Origin: Actinomycetes bacterium
GTDB lineage: Bacteria; Actinomycetota; Acidimicrobiia; Acidimicrobiales; JAMCPL01
NCBI GenBank assembly: GCA_021816935.1
Contig: JAKAWR010000005.1
Coordinates: 10,256 to 74,255 of the forward strand
Reading direction: 5' to 3'
Length of the DNA: 64,000 bases
A model generated the notes under the pieces. The model was not told the DNA's origin. It did no database searches and saw only the letters and a program-made list of their open reading frames with translations. How positions within the stretch are numbered: the stretch's first letter is position 1; the number at the start of each line of letters is the position of its first letter. Made by a program: the position numbers and the translations under genes. Positions 9,017 to 20,890 of the stretch are shown in pieces.

Positions 9017-11242
9017 TCAGGCGGTGAGCTGTCCCTGCAGGCGGGAGCGCCTAGTGTGCGCTGCATCTTCGAGATCGAGGTCGACAGAGCCCCCGATTCT
9101 TATCCGGCCTCCTTCGGCCTGCCCGATAATCCGGCAGGGGACCCCGCTGTCCTCGGCATGAACCTGGAGAGAGCCGATGTCGTTCGTAGCCACGATCACG
9201 CGTGAGAAGCTCTCGCCGAAAAGGGCCATCTTGTTATCCGCAATCCCATTGGCGGTGACGCCCACCCCTGAAAAGAGCGCGATCTCGGCCAGGGCCACCG
9301 CCAGCCCGCCGTCCGAGACGTCCTGGAGATACGAAACCGATCCCATACCGGCGATTGCCAAGGCCACGGTAAGCCTGACCAGCCTGGCATGGAACTCGAG
9401 ATCCAGCGAGGGCGGCCTTCCTCCCCGCTTGCCGTGCAGGTCCACAGCCCAGCGGGATCCGCCGAGTTGTGGTGCATCGTTCCCTAGTAGCGCCAGATGA
9501 TCGCCCTCCCTCATGGACCACGGTTGCGATCCCGCCGCTGGAGCCACTTCCCGGAGTCCCAGCATGGTCACAACCGGAGTGGGATCGATGTCGCGGCCCG
9601 CGGATTCGTTGTAGAAGCTCACGTTGCCACCGACCACGGGTACCGAGAGGGCGTTGCAGGCTTCGGTGATTCCGTCGACGGTTTCGGAGAACTGCCACAT
9701 CACCTCCGGGTGCTCAGGGTTGCCGAAGTTGAGGCAGTCGACCAGTGCCCACGGTACGGCCCCCACGCATGCGACGTTGAGAGCCGATTCCGCTACGACA
9801 TGCCTGGCGCCAAGCCTCGGGTCGAGAGCGCACAGCCGGTGATTGGAGTCGGCCGAGAGGGCTATTGCCTTGGCCGTAGGGGGCTTTCCGGGGACGGCGA
9901 GCCTCAGGAGGGCAGCTCCGGATCCCGGGCCGGCAATCGTGGAGTGGAAGAGCATGTAGTCGTACTGCTCGTATACGTACGACGCGTCCTGGAGCATCGC
10001 CAGGAGATCCCCGCCCGGATCGGGCGGCTCAGGTAGCTCATCGGGGTCTTCGCCAGCCTCAGGCCGGGCCGTGGCCGGCGGAGCCACCGGCCGGTCGTAG
10101 AGGGGCGCACCGTCTGCGAGCGAGGCGGCCGGGACGTCCACAACCCGTTCCCCCGGCTCCCCTACTTGAACCCGCAAACGGCCCACTGCATCCGGAGCGG
10201 GTGGCACTACCCTTCCCACAACGGAGTGCCTCACCTCATGGCGATCGCAGACCTGCTTCACCTCGCCCAGGCGGTCGGGTGAGACTATTGCGAGCATCCT
10301 CTCCTGGCTCTCCGACACGAGGATCTCCATCGGGTCCATGCCCGGCTCGCGAAGTGGCACGGCGGTTACATCCACCTCCATGCCCATGCCGCCTTTCGAA
10401 GCCGTCTCGCACGTGGCGCAAGAGAGCCCCGCCCCCCCGAGATCCTGCAAGCCAAGGATCAATCCACGATCCGCCAGCTCGAGGCAGGCTTCTATCAGGC
10501 GCTTTCCTTCGAAGGGGTCACCCACCTGAACGCTCGGGCGCTTGTCCTCCACAACATCTCCGAATCCGGCGGAAGCGAGCACGCTGACCCCCCCTATGCC
10601 GTCGCGTCCCGTCAGGGAACCGAGGAGTACTGCGAGACTACCGGGCCGCGATGCCGTCGCGTGGATGATCCGATTCTTTTCCACGACTCCCACGCATACG
10701 ACGTTCACCAGAGGGTTCCGTTCGTAGCAGGGATCAAAGGTGAGTTCTCCCCCGACGGTGGGTACGCCGACCGAGTTGCCATAGGACGAGATCCCCCGTA
10801 TGACCCCATCGAAGATGAGCCGCGAATGCGCCGAGGTGAGGGGTCCGAAGAACAGCGGGTCGAGGAGGGCCACAGGACGTGCACCCACTGAAAGGATGTC
10901 GCGAATTATCCCGCCAACGCCGGTTGCGGCACCCTGCTTAGGCTCGATTGCCGATGGATGGTTGTGACTCTCCATCCTTATGGCGACGGCGAGCCCGTCG
11001 CCGGCGTCGACGATGCCGGCATTCTCACCGGGTCCCATGATCACCTGTGGCGCATTGGTTGGGAAGCGCCTCAGGTGAGTTCGGGACGACTTGTACGAAC
11101 AATGTTCGCTCCACATGACCGAGTACATTGCAAGTTCCGCAGAGCTGGGACTGCGCCCGAGCGTGCGGCAGACCGCTTCATATTCGGCATTGGTCATTCC
11201 AAGGTCTTCATGTGCCGAACTTGCGCCTGAGGCTGTTGCCAT
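9017..11242 (-). CDS. purL: phosphoribosylformylglycinamidine synthase subunit II
   Basis: Motifs EHCSYKSS and HNHPSAIEPKQGAATGVGGIIRD, 741 aa. An alternative start at 11197 gives MTNAEYEAV. Confidence 0.9.
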   Translation of the reverse strand: MATASGASSAHEDLGMTNAEYEAVCRTLGRSPSSAELAMYSVMWSEHCSYKSSRTHLRRFPTNAPQVIMGPGENAGIVDAGDGLAVAIRMESHNHPSAIEPKQGAATGVGGIIRDILSVGARPVALLDPLFFGPLTSAHSRLIFDGVIRGISSYGNSVGVPTVGGELTFDPCYERNPLVNVVCVGVVEKNRIIHATASRPGSLAVLLGSLTGRDGIGGVSVLASAGFGDVVEDKRPSVQVGDPFEGKRLIEACLELADRGLILGLQDLGGAGLSCATCETASKGGMGMEVDVTAVPLREPGMDPMEILVSESQERMLAIVSPDRLGEVKQVCDRHEVRHSVVGRVVPPAPDAVGRLRVQVGEPGERVVDVPAASLADGAPLYDRPVAPPATARPEAGEDPDELPEPPDPGGDLLAMLQDASYVYEQYDYMLFHSTIAGPGSGAALLRLAVPGKPPTAKAIALSADSNHRLCALDPRLGARHVVAESALNVACVGAVPWALVDCLNFGNPEHPEVMWQFSETVDGITEACNALSVPVVGGNVSFYNESAGRDIDPTPVVTMLGLREVAPAAGSQPWSMREGDHLALLGNDAPQLGGSRWAVDLHGKRGGRPPSLDLEFHARLVRLTVALAIAGMGSVSYLQDVSDGGLAVALAEIALFSGVGVTANGIADNKMALFGESFSRVIVATNDIGSLQVHAEDSGVPCRIIGQAEGGRIRIGGSVDLDLEDAAHTRRSRLQGQLTA

Positions 11243-11248
11243 GCAATA

Positions 11249-11683
11249 ATGTTACGCATGACACCAGCACGGAAATCAAGCCAGGCACCCTTGAGCAGGG
11301 AGCACAAAGCAGCGCTCGCCAGAGGCCGTTCGGAAAGTGCCATAATCCGCCGGTATCTGGACGAATTGGGCAGTTCTCGCGGCCAACGCGGTAGGACTGT
11401 GACTGTCGCATCGGTGAAGAACAAGCTCGCCAAGGTGGAAGAGCGCGCCAAGACCGCCAGCTCGCTGGCCAAGGTTCACCTGTACGAAGAGCGGAAGGCG
11501 TTGAAGGCCAAGCTCAGACAACTGGAGTCGGCAAGTAAGGTGGACTCGCACGAAAAGGAGTTCATCAACGTGGTAAAGGGTTATTCGGAGCGGAAGAAGC
11601 TCGGTTACGCCGCGTGGCGCGCCGCCAAGGTTCCGGCCGACGTTCTTGCAAAAGCTGGCATTACCAGGGGTACGAAGAGGTAG
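11249..11683 (+). CDS. hypothetical Lys/Ala-rich protein, opposite strand inside the pur cluster
   Basis: 144-aa ORF with lower GC than its neighbours and a predicted helical or coiled-coil character. The C-terminal GYAAWRAAKVPADVLAKAGI is reminiscent of Lsr2/H-NS-type DNA-binding tails, but the similarity is weak. Confidence 0.55.
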   Translation: MLRMTPARKSSQAPLSREHKAALARGRSESAIIRRYLDELGSSRGQRGRTVTVASVKNKLAKVEERAKTASSLAKVHLYEERKALKAKLRQLESASKVDSHEKEFINVVKGYSERKKLGYAAWRAAKVPADVLAKAGITRGTKR

Positions 11684-11731
11684 ATCCGAGCGCCCGCCAG
11701 CGGGGATGGGGAGGGCTCAACTCCGAGGCAT

Positions 11732-12400
<669 letters not shown>

Positions 12401-12497
12401 GCGCGTCGCCCCCGAACGCGTATCACAGCGGCATCACCAGGCTGATGGGTCGGTGTCGGGTCGGTCGCGGGAGACGGGAAAGAAAAAGGAACCCGCA

Positions 12498-12812
12498 TCA
12501 CTCCGGAGATTCCAGGCTGATGTGTCCCTCTTCAATGACGGGGTTGACGAGCAGTTTCCCGGCGATCTCCTGGGCCGTCTCACGGCAGGCCTCTTCCGAA
12601 GCAGCCGCGATCCGGAGCTTGAACACCTTACCGGCACGCACCGTCGCAACGTCGAAGCCGAGGGCTGCCAGCGCTCCGGCAATCGTGGCTCCTTCGGGAT
12701 CTGCGATCTGAGGTTTCGGGAGCACCTCGACCGACACGTCGTAATGGCCCGGCGGAAGGGCGCCATCGTCTCCCCCAGCTTCGTCCTCCTCGCCGCGTGG
12801 AAGGTGCCCCAT
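12498..12812 (-). CDS. purS: phosphoribosylformylglycinamidine synthase subunit PurS
   Basis: The C-terminal ~80 aa of track ORF 12498..13457 (VSVEVLPKPQIADPEGATIAGALAALGFDVATVRAGKVFKL) matches the PurS pattern. The start is at ATG 12812 or an internal GTG a few codons upstream of VEVLPKP. Confidence 0.8.
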   Translation of the reverse strand: MGHLPRGEEDEAGGDDGALPPGHYDVSVEVLPKPQIADPEGATIAGALAALGFDVATVRAGKVFKLRIAAASEEACRETAQEIAGKLLVNPVIEEGHISLESPE

Positions 12813-12883
12813 GCCCGCACCACCACTGCTCGTGCCGACGCTCCCGTTTGTCGCCGGAAAGCGTTCCTTATTCCCGCCCACGG

Positions 12884-13804
12884 TCACGCCCCGTACCAGT
12901 CGGTGAGGTGACGGCCGGAAATGATCTCGTAGGCGGTGGTGTACCTGCGGGTCGTCTCCTCTACGACCTCGGGAGGAAGGTCGGGCGGAGGAGGTAACTT
13001 GTCCCAGCCGACAGCTTCCAGCCAATCCCTGACCGGCTGCTTGTCGTAGGCGGGAGGATCCTCCCCTTCTGTCCAGTTCTCTTGCATCCAGAGGCGGGAA
13101 GAGTCGGGCGTGACCACCTCGTCTGCGAGGCAGAGGTCGCCGCCGATGAAACCCAGCTCGAACTTCGTGTCGGCAAGGATAAAGCCCTTCTGCGCGGTCA
13201 CGTCCGCGGCCTGGCTGTAGGCCGCAAGACTCAGGTCGCGGGCGAGTGCCGCAACCTCGCTGCCGACCATGTTCGCCGCCTCGTCGAAGGTGATGTTCTG
13301 GTCGTGGCCCACCTCCGCTTTGGTCGTAGGGGTGAACATCGGCTCGGGAAGCCGGCTTCCCAGGACTAGGCCTTCTGGCATCGGCGTTCTGTTGATAGTG
13401 CCTTCGCAGACGTACTCCTTCCATGCGGATCCGGCCAGATATCCCCTCACGATACATTCGATGGGGAGCATCCCGGCACGCTTGACGAGCATCATGCGGC
13501 CCGCGGCGTCCGAGAACGGGTTGCCTCCTCCGCCGCTCTCCTTTGCCGGGGAACGGCTGGCTGCGCCCGCGAGCACCTTTGCGATGAACTGCGGATCGGC
13601 TGAGACGAAATGGTTCGGGGCGAGGTCCGCGAGGGTCTCGAACCAGAAGACGCTCATGGCGGTGAGCACCCTACCCTTGTCCGGTACGGGTTGAGGAAGG
13701 ATGACGTCGAACGCTGATATCCGATCAGATGCCACCATCGCCAGGAGATCGTCTCCGAGGTCGTACATGTCCCGGACCTTGCCGCTGTGAAACGGTTTCA
13801 GCAC
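12884..13804 (-). CDS. purC: SAICAR synthetase
   Basis: Motifs GKVRDMYDL and SDRISAFD. I chose the GTG at 13804 because it is preceded by GGAAGGA 8 nt upstream, which avoids overlap with purB. The track ORF extends to 13939. Confidence 0.88.
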   Translation of the reverse strand: MLKPFHSGKVRDMYDLGDDLLAMVASDRISAFDVILPQPVPDKGRVLTAMSVFWFETLADLAPNHFVSADPQFIAKVLAGAASRSPAKESGGGGNPFSDAAGRMMLVKRAGMLPIECIVRGYLAGSAWKEYVCEGTINRTPMPEGLVLGSRLPEPMFTPTTKAEVGHDQNITFDEAANMVGSEVAALARDLSLAAYSQAADVTAQKGFILADTKFELGFIGGDLCLADEVVTPDSSRLWMQENWTEGEDPPAYDKQPVRDWLEAVGWDKLPPPPDLPPEVVEETTRRYTTAYEIISGRHLTDWYGA

Positions 13805-13853
13805 TTTGTCAATCCTTCCATGCTGCCACTTCGCTTGGCAACAGAGTGGGCCT

Positions 13854-15164
13854 TCACCCCTCCACCTCTTCGAGTGCTTCCGCGAACCGACCCACATTGG
13901 CGAGCACCCTTTCGAGGGAGAAAACCCGTGCAAGCTCATCAGGTGCCAGTCTCACGTCGGGATCCTTGGCAGCGACCTCCGAGAGGCACCTCCCGTCGCC
14001 GAGTGCTGCCACGCTGTCGCGCTGGACGATGCGGTACGCCTTGTCACGCTCCGTACCCGCCTCGATCATGGCCAGCAGGAGCGATTGACTGAATACCAGC
14101 TGCGAAGACCCCGACGTGAGGTTCTCGAGCATGCGCTCGGAGTGAACGTCGAGCCCTGCTACCAGCTCCATGCACTTGACTAGGGAGTAGTACGCCAGCT
14201 GGAGGGCATCGGCGAGTACGATCCTTTCGACCGAGCTGTGGGAGATGTCCCGCTCGTGCCACAGCGCTACGTTCTCGAGCGCCGGCACCGCGTAGCCTCT
14301 CAGCATCCGTGCGATCCCGCAGAGTCGTTCCGACAGTATGGGGTTTCGTTTGTGCGGCATGGCCGAGGAGCCCTTGGCTCCCGCTGCGAAGTGCTCGGAC
14401 ACCTCCCCCACCTCGCTCGCCGACAGTAGCCTCACCTCCGTGGCGATCGCTTCCACGGTGGTAGCCGCCTGCGCAGCCGCGAGCACGAGGTCCGCGTGGC
14501 GATCCCTGGCTACGACCTGGCTCGCAGGGACCGCAACGAGCCCCAATCTCTTGCAGACATAAGCCTCTACCCGGGGATCGATGTTCGAGTAGGTTCCGAC
14601 CGCACCCGAGAGCTTTCCGGCGGCAATAGTCGAGACTGCACGCTGTAGGCGGTGTCGATCTCGATCAGCCTGGAGGCAGAAGAGCGCCAATTTGGCCCCA
14701 AAAGTGGTCGGCTCGGCGAACATCCCATGTGTGCGGCCCGCTATGGGCGTAGACATGTGCTCGAGTGCACGTGCTTTGAGGATCGAGACGAGACCCGAAG
14801 ACGCCGACACGAGCAGTTCGCCAGCACGCTTCAGGACGGTGGCGAGTGCGGTGTCGACCACGTCGGACGAAGTGAGCCCGTAGTGGAGCCATCTGGCCGA
14901 CGGATGGTCGATCCGGCTCTGGAGGACATCGACGAACGCAGCAAGGTCGTGGTTCGTAACCGTCTCCCGCTCGCCGACAGCCGCGACGAATTCGGAGTCG
15001 ATCTCGGGTGCGCGTTGCCGCACGGCGGCAGCATCCTCCGAGCTTATCCTACCGATCGCAGCCCATCCCTCGAGGGCAAGGATCTCTACCTCGAGCCACG
15101 CAACGAAGCGGGCTCTGTCGGTGAACACGGAGGCCATTTCGGGTAGCTCGTATCTTGGTATCAT
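13854..15164 (-). CDS. purB: adenylosuccinate lyase
   Basis: N-terminus MIPRYELPEMASVF and signature GSSAMPHKRNP. Confidence 0.9.
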   Translation of the reverse strand: MIPRYELPEMASVFTDRARFVAWLEVEILALEGWAAIGRISSEDAAAVRQRAPEIDSEFVAAVGERETVTNHDLAAFVDVLQSRIDHPSARWLHYGLTSSDVVDTALATVLKRAGELLVSASSGLVSILKARALEHMSTPIAGRTHGMFAEPTTFGAKLALFCLQADRDRHRLQRAVSTIAAGKLSGAVGTYSNIDPRVEAYVCKRLGLVAVPASQVVARDRHADLVLAAAQAATTVEAIATEVRLLSASEVGEVSEHFAAGAKGSSAMPHKRNPILSERLCGIARMLRGYAVPALENVALWHERDISHSSVERIVLADALQLAYYSLVKCMELVAGLDVHSERMLENLTSGSSQLVFSQSLLLAMIEAGTERDKAYRIVQRDSVAALGDGRCLSEVAAKDPDVRLAPDELARVFSLERVLANVGRFAEALEEVEG

Positions 15165-16501
15165 CCGTCGATTCCTCTACGGGCAACGGCCGGTCCGTCC
15201 TCGCCCGCGAGCTCCGGCGGCACACCGGCCGCGAGGTCGGTACGGAAGTGCATGCCGTCGAAGCCGATCGCAGCCACGCCCCTATAGGCCCTTTCCCGTG
15301 CCCCCTCACGGGTCGGGCCGGTGGCCACCACGTTGAGCACGCGCCCTCCGTCCACCACAAAGTCGCCTTCCTCGGTTGCCGTGCCCGCGTGCAGGACCGT
15401 CACACCGTCAAGCTCGGCGGCCTCTGCGAGCCCCTGGATGCGCGCTCCCGCCTGCGGAGCCGATGGGTACCCTTTAGCGGCAAGAACCACGCACACGGCA
15501 GACGCCGTCTGGAATTTCGGTTCCAGGCGGAGGCGTCCATGTGCCGCCTCTGAGAAGAGCGCCACCGCATCCTCTGCAAGGAGGGCGAGTAGTACCTGGG
15601 CCTCGGGGTCTCCGAAGCGAACGTTGTACTCGAGCACTCTCGGCCCGTCGTCCGTGAGCATCAGCCCGGCATAGAGTACTCCCCGGTAGTCGATGCCGCG
15701 GCGCCGCAATGCCCCTACGAGAGGCTCGACGGCCTCGTCCATTACCCTGTCGACCAAGCGGTGGCTCACTTCGCCAAGTGGAGAGTAGGACCCCATCCCG
15801 CCGGTGTTCGGGCCAGCATCGCCGTCGGCGACGCGCTTGTAGTCCCTCGCCGCCTGGAATGGAACGACACGCCGCCCGTCGCAGAGCACCATCAGTGAGA
15901 GCTCGCTTCCGATGAGCCCTTCTTCGATTACGATCCTCCTCCCCGCATCCCCGAAGGCATCTCCCGAGAGCTTGGCGCGGACATCCGCCGCGGCCTCTCC
16001 GATGTCCCAGGTGACGAGCACCCCTTTGCCCGAGGCCAGACCATCGGTCTTGACCACATAAGGCGGCTCGAGACTGTCCAGCCAGGCGAGAGCCGCCGCC
16101 TCCTCGTCCTCGCCGAAGGTTGCGAACCGGGCTGTAGGCACGCGGGCCTCTTGAAGGAGCTCTTTCATGAACACCTTCGAGCCTTCGAGCATCGCGCCGT
16201 CGGCACCGGGGCCGAGCACGAGCTTCCCCTGACCCCGCAGCTTGCCCGCAAGGTCGGCAACCAGCGGCCCTTCCGGCCCGATGACGAAAAGATCGGCTTC
16301 GATATCCACCGGGGGAAGCGTGGATATCTCGATGCCGTTCGATGCCGTTCGGCACGGGGCCGTGACGCCCAGGGGATCGCCGGTTGCCGGTACCGTCGCC
16401 ATGCCGGCTCTCCCCGGAGACAGCACGACGGGCGCCGTGCGGGCGCAGGCAAGGGCAAGGGCATGCTCTCGCCCCCCGCTTCCCACCACGCAGACCTTCA
16501 C
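15161..16501 (-). CDS. purD: phosphoribosylamine-glycine ligase
   Basis: Motif VKVCVVGSGGREHALA. The stop overlaps the purB start by 4 nt. I favour the GTG at 16501 with AAGGGG upstream. The track ORF starts at 16543. Confidence 0.88.
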   Translation of the reverse strand: MKVCVVGSGGREHALALACARTAPVVLSPGRAGMATVPATGDPLGVTAPCRTASNGIEISTLPPVDIEADLFVIGPEGPLVADLAGKLRGQGKLVLGPGADGAMLEGSKVFMKELLQEARVPTARFATFGEDEEAAALAWLDSLEPPYVVKTDGLASGKGVLVTWDIGEAAADVRAKLSGDAFGDAGRRIVIEEGLIGSELSLMVLCDGRRVVPFQAARDYKRVADGDAGPNTGGMGSYSPLGEVSHRLVDRVMDEAVEPLVGALRRRGIDYRGVLYAGLMLTDDGPRVLEYNVRFGDPEAQVLLALLAEDAVALFSEAAHGRLRLEPKFQTASAVCVVLAAKGYPSAPQAGARIQGLAEAAELDGVTVLHAGTATEEGDFVVDGGRVLNVVATGPTREGARERAYRGVAAIGFDGMHFRTDLAAGVPPELAGEDGPAVARRGIDG

Positions 16502-16598
16502 TGAGCGCCCCTTGGCCCGACGGGCGAGCATGCGAAGCGGCAAACCGCGAAACGTTGTTCGGAGCCGCCGCGTGGGTAGCCGGCAGAAGTCGTGCTCA

Positions 16599-17876
16599 TC
16601 AGGAGAAATGCACGAACTGGTCCCTGCCCGGACCGACGCCGACCAGCTTGACCGGGACTCCGATCTGCCCGGAGAGGAACGAGAGGTATTCGCACGCCTC
16701 GCCGGGGAGGCCGGACAGCTCGGTCACTCCCGAGAGGTCCTGCGACCAGCCGGACAGCTCTTCGTAGATCGGGATGGCCTTGTGCAGGGCCGACTGGTGG
16801 TAGGGAGGGTAGGTGTACTTCTCGCCGTCTACCTCGTAGGCCGTGCATACCTTCAACCGGTTGAACGTGTCGAGGACGTCCAGCTTGGTGACCGCGACCT
16901 CGTCCAGGGAGTTGAGCCGCACGGCTTGGCGCAGCATCACTGCGTCGAACCAGCCAGTACGGCGCCTCCGGCCCGTTACCGTGCCGAACTCGTTACCTCG
17001 TTCTACAAGCAAGTCCCCGTCCGGGCCAGTGTCCTCGGTGGGGAACGGACCCGAGCCGACCCTCGTTATGTAGGCTTTTGCGACGCCGATGACGCGGTCG
17101 ATGTGTCTCGGGCCAAGACCTGACCCGGTGCATGCCCCGCTTGCCACCGGGTTCGACGAGGTGACGAAGGGGTAGGTCCCGTGGTCCAGGTCGAGAAAGG
17201 TGGCCTGTGCTCCCTCCAAGAGGATTTGGTCGCCACGCGCCCGCGCGTTGTGGACAAGGCTCACGGTATCCGCAACCCGGCGCGATATCTCGGGCGCGTA
17301 CTCGTTGAGGTACTTGTCACAGATCTCTGCCGCCGAGAGCGGGAGCCTGTTGTAGGCCTTGGCCAGAAGAGCGTTCTTCTCCTTCAGGACGAGCTCCAAC
17401 TTCTCCGAGAAGATCTTCCCGTCGAGAAGGTCCTGGATACGGAGTCCCACCCGCGCGGCTTTGTCGGCGTATGCGGGCCCGATGCCCCGCTTCGTCGTGC
17501 CGAGCGCGGACTTGCCGAGATAGCGCTCTGTCAACATGTCGATCTCCTGGTGATACGGCATGATCAGGTGCGCGTTCCCGGAAACCACGACCCGGCTCGT
17601 ATCTACACCCCGAGACTCGAGCTCCCTGAGTTCGGCGATGAGCGTCGCGGGATCGACTACGACGCCATTGCCGATCACCGGAGTGATGTGGGGATAAAGA
17701 ACCCCGCTCGGGACCAGCTGGAGAGCGAAATGCTCCTTCCCGACGACAACGGTGTGCCCCGCATTGTGGCCCCCCTGATAGCGGACGACCATGTTCATCT
17801 CCCTGGCCAGAAGATCGGTCAGTTTGCCCTTGCCCTCGTCGCCCCACTGGGCACCTACTACTACGGTTGCCGGCAC
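16599..17876 (-). CDS. purA: adenylosuccinate synthetase
   Basis: P-loop [11 protein letters not shown], plus GGHNAGHT and TKRGIGPAY. Confidence 0.92.
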   Translation of the reverse strand: MPATVVVGAQWGDEGKGKLTDLLAREMNMVVRYQGGHNAGHTVVVGKEHFALQLVPSGVLYPHITPVIGNGVVVDPATLIAELRELESRGVDTSRVVVSGNAHLIMPYHQEIDMLTERYLGKSALGTTKRGIGPAYADKAARVGLRIQDLLDGKIFSEKLELVLKEKNALLAKAYNRLPLSAAEICDKYLNEYAPEISRRVADTVSLVHNARARGDQILLEGAQATFLDLDHGTYPFVTSSNPVASGACTGSGLGPRHIDRVIGVAKAYITRVGSGPFPTEDTGPDGDLLVERGNEFGTVTGRRRRTGWFDAVMLRQAVRLNSLDEVAVTKLDVLDTFNRLKVCTAYEVDGEKYTYPPYHQSALHKAIPIYEELSGWSQDLSGVTELSGLPGEACEYLSFLSGQIGVPVKLVGVGPGRDQFVHFS

Positions 17877-17981
17877 AGTCTTTCCTCGATTATGGGTCGT
17901 TCGACGTCCACATCCACGACGCCAGCCTACTGCTCAGCTGGTAGATTTCCAACTCTAAGTCCAGAACGGCGGCGGGCCGGT

Positions 17982-20480
17982 TCAGTGGCAGGAGAGGCCC
18001 TGCCCTGTGCCGTCTACGTCCACCCTTACCGTGTCGCCGGACAGGTACTTCCCTTCGAGAAGAGCCGTCGCCAGAGGGTTCTCCAGGGAGCGCTGCACCA
18101 CCCGGCGAAGCGGCCTTGCTCCGTAGGCGGGGTCGTAGCCGGCTTCGGCAAGCCAGTCCCGGGCGGCCGGAGTGACCTCCAGGGTGAGGCGGCGCTCTGT
18201 TGCAAGCCTGCTGGCCACCTTCTCCAGGTATACGTCGACGATGGAGCGGATGTCCTCCCGGGACAGCGGGTCGAAACGTACCACTTCGTCGATACGGTTG
18301 TAGAACTCCGGCTTGAAGAACTGCGAGGGATCTACTGTCAGGTTGGAGGTCATGATCAGCACCGTGTTGGTGAAATCGACCGTGCGCCCCTGGCCGTCGG
18401 TGAGGCGTCCGTCATCCAGTACCTGCAGCAGCACATTGAAAACGTCCGAATGGGCCTTCTCGATCTCGTCGAGTAGGATCACCGAATAGGGTCTCCGACG
18501 CACTGCCTCGGTGAGCTGGCCGCCCTCGCCGTAGCCCACGTATCCGGGAGGCGATCCGATCAGGCGCGACACCGTGTGCTTCTCCTGGTACTCGCCCATG
18601 TCGATCCGGACCATCGCCCTTTCGTCGTCGAAGAGGAACCAGGCGAGTGTCCTGGCGAGCTCGGTCTTGCCGACTCCCGTGGGTCCCATGAACAGGAAGG
18701 ATCCTATGGGCCTGAACGGGTCCGACAACCCCGCCCGCGACCTGCGAATCGCGTTCGATACGACGGTGACGGCACCGTCCTGGCCGACGACTCGCCTGTG
18801 CAGCTCGCTCTCCATTCGCACGAGCTTCTGCATCTCTGCTTCCATCAGGCGGGAGACGGGTATGCCGGTCCAGCGGCTCACCACCTCCGCCACGTCCTCG
18901 GCGTCGACCTCCTCCTTGAGCATGGCCCCGCCGGCCTGCAGTTTCTGGAGCTCCCGGCCGGCAGCTTCGATACGGGCCTCTGCTTCCGGGATGCGTCCGT
19001 AGCGGATGGCGGAGGCCTCTTCGAGATGACCGTCGCGGATCGCACGATCCTCGTCGAGCTTCAGGTTCTCGAGATTCTCCTTGAGCTTCCTGATCGACGT
19101 GATGGAGTCTTTCTCACCTTGCCAGTGCGTCTGCATCGAATCGGCCTGCTCGTTAAGGTTGGCCAGTTCGGCCGCGAGCTCGTCGAGGCGCTCGCGGGAT
19201 GCCGCATCGGTTTCCTTCCCGAGCGCGACCTTTTCCATCTCGAGCTGGCGGATGCGCCGGGCGACGACGTCTATCTCCGTCGGCATGGAGTCGATCTCCA
19301 TCCGCAGCCGGCTTGCCGCCTCGTCGACGAGGTCGATCGCCTTGTCCGGAAGGAACCTCCCGGTCACGTACCGGTCGGACAGCACGGCGGCTGCTACCAG
19401 GGCCGCATCCTGGATACGGACTCCGTGGTGGACCTCGTAGCGCTCCTTCAGGCCTCTCAGTATGGCTACCGTGTCCTCGACGGAGGGTTGGCCCACGTAG
19501 ACGGGTTGGAACCGCCTTTCCAGGGCGGCATCCCTCTCTATCTTTTCCCGGTACTCGTCGAGCGTCGTCGCGCCGATCATCCGCAACTCGCCGCGGGCCA
19601 ACATCGGCTTGATCATGTTGCCCGCGTCCATGGCGCCCTCTGCGGCACCCGCGCCCACGATCGTGTGGAGCTCGTCGATGAAGGTGACGACCTCGCCTCC
19701 GGAGTCGCTGATCTCCTTCAGTACCGCCTTCAGTCTCTCCTCGAACTCCCCCCTGTACTTCGCTCCCGCAACCATCGCGCCGAGATCGAGCGATACAACC
19801 CGTTTGTTGCGGAGCGACTCGGGTATGTCGCCGTCGACTATCCGCCTGGCCAGGCCTTCGACGATGGCGGTCTTGCCCACACCCGGCTCGCCGATCAGGA
19901 CTGGGTTGTTCTTCGTCCTGCGGGAGAGCACCTGGATCACCCGGCGAATCTCCTCGTCCCTGCCCACCACGGGGTCGAGCTTCTGTTCCCTGGCGAGCTG
20001 GGTGAGATCCCTCCCGTAACGTTCGAGGGCCCGGTAGGTCTCCTCCGGGTTGTTCGAGGTGATCCTGTGGCCACCCCGCACGTTCTTCAGCGCTTCGAGC
20101 AGCGTCGAGTGGTCGACACCCACGAGATCGTGAAGCGCCAGAAGGATGTGCTCCACCGAGAGGTACTCGTCTCCCATATCCCTCTGGGTTGTGGCGGCGG
20201 TCTCGAGCGTTTCGCGAGCCTCTCGGCTGAGAGCCGGCGAGGAAGTTCCGTAAGAGCGGGCCATCCCGTCGATCTTTTCGTCGATCCGCCTGGCGAGTGC
20301 CGGCTGATCGATGCCGAGCTGCGCCAGCAAAGGGACCGTTATTCCCTCCTTCTGTTCGATAAGTGCGGACAGCAGGTGGTAGGGGGTCACCTCCGCGTTG
20401 TGCCGGCTTGCCGCTTTCGCCACCGCAGCCTGGAGGGCCTCCTCGACCTTGAGGGTCAGCCGGTCGGGTTGGAGCGGCAT
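17982..20480 (-). CDS. clpB: ATP-dependent chaperone ClpB
   Basis: Two AAA+ modules ([15 protein letters not shown] and [11 protein letters not shown]) with a coiled-coil middle domain. The start ATG overlaps the hspR stop (TAATG at 20478-20482). Confidence 0.92.
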   Translation of the reverse strand: MPLQPDRLTLKVEEALQAAVAKAASRHNAEVTPYHLLSALIEQKEGITVPLLAQLGIDQPALARRIDEKIDGMARSYGTSSPALSREARETLETAATTQRDMGDEYLSVEHILLALHDLVGVDHSTLLEALKNVRGGHRITSNNPEETYRALERYGRDLTQLAREQKLDPVVGRDEEIRRVIQVLSRRTKNNPVLIGEPGVGKTAIVEGLARRIVDGDIPESLRNKRVVSLDLGAMVAGAKYRGEFEERLKAVLKEISDSGGEVVTFIDELHTIVGAGAAEGAMDAGNMIKPMLARGELRMIGATTLDEYREKIERDAALERRFQPVYVGQPSVEDTVAILRGLKERYEVHHGVRIQDAALVAAAVLSDRYVTGRFLPDKAIDLVDEAASRLRMEIDSMPTEIDVVARRIRQLEMEKVALGKETDAASRERLDELAAELANLNEQADSMQTHWQGEKDSITSIRKLKENLENLKLDEDRAIRDGHLEEASAIRYGRIPEAEARIEAAGRELQKLQAGGAMLKEEVDAEDVAEVVSRWTGIPVSRLMEAEMQKLVRMESELHRRVVGQDGAVTVVSNAIRRSRAGLSDPFRPIGSFLFMGPTGVGKTELARTLAWFLFDDERAMVRIDMGEYQEKHTVSRLIGSPPGYVGYGEGGQLTEAVRRRPYSVILLDEIEKAHSDVFNVLLQVLDDGRLTDGQGRTVDFTNTVLIMTSNLTVDPSQFFKPEFYNRIDEVVRFDPLSREDIRSIVDVYLEKVASRLATERRLTLEVTPAARDWLAEAGYDPAYGARPLRRVVQRSLENPLATALLEGKYLSGDTVRVDVDGTGQGLSCH

Positions 20481-20890
20481 TACGGCCTCCTCCTCTTCCA
20501 GGGAACGGTCTCCTGGCGGAGCGGCACGAGGTCGCGCCTGTAGCTGCGTTCCAGCCTCTCGAGCCGGGCGCGCGACTCTTCGTTCAGCCTGCCTATCTCC
20601 GCCTCCAGGCGGGCCACCTCCGCCTCGAGTGCGAGCACCCTCTTCACGCCTTCGAGGTTCAGCCCTTCGCAGGTCAGCTCCTGGATGCGCTTGACGAGGG
20701 CCATGTCCGCGTCGGAATAGCGCCTGGCGCCGCCTGGCACTCTGTAGGGGTCCAGGAGCCTCTTGCGTTCGTACATGCGCAGCGTCTGGGGATGCACGCC
20801 CGCCATTTCGGCTGCAACCGAGATCACGTAGACGGCTCGCTGCCCGTCAGGCGTCGCCACGGGTCGTCTCCCTGGCGTGCCCGTCGCCAT
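20480..20890 (-). CDS. hspR: MerR-family heat-shock repressor HspR
   Basis: Motif [26 protein letters not shown]...RRYSDAD, and the gene sits after dnaJ. Confidence 0.85.
   Translation of the reverse strand: MATGTPGRRPVATPDGQRAVYVISVAAEMAGVHPQTLRMYERKRLLDPYRVPGGARRYSDADMALVKRIQELTCEGLNLEGVKRVLALEAEVARLEAEIGRLNEESRARLERLERSYRRDLVPLRQETVPWKRRRP

Noticed and set aside
12813-13457. Upstream 215 codons of track ORF 12498..13457
   Set aside because: Only the last ~100 codons match PurS. The remainder is an alternate frame of purC.
18576-20543. 655-aa ORF on the plus strand (also 17181..18476)
   Set aside because: It is antisense to clpB and purA, which have unambiguous motifs. It has low-complexity composition and no recognisable domains.
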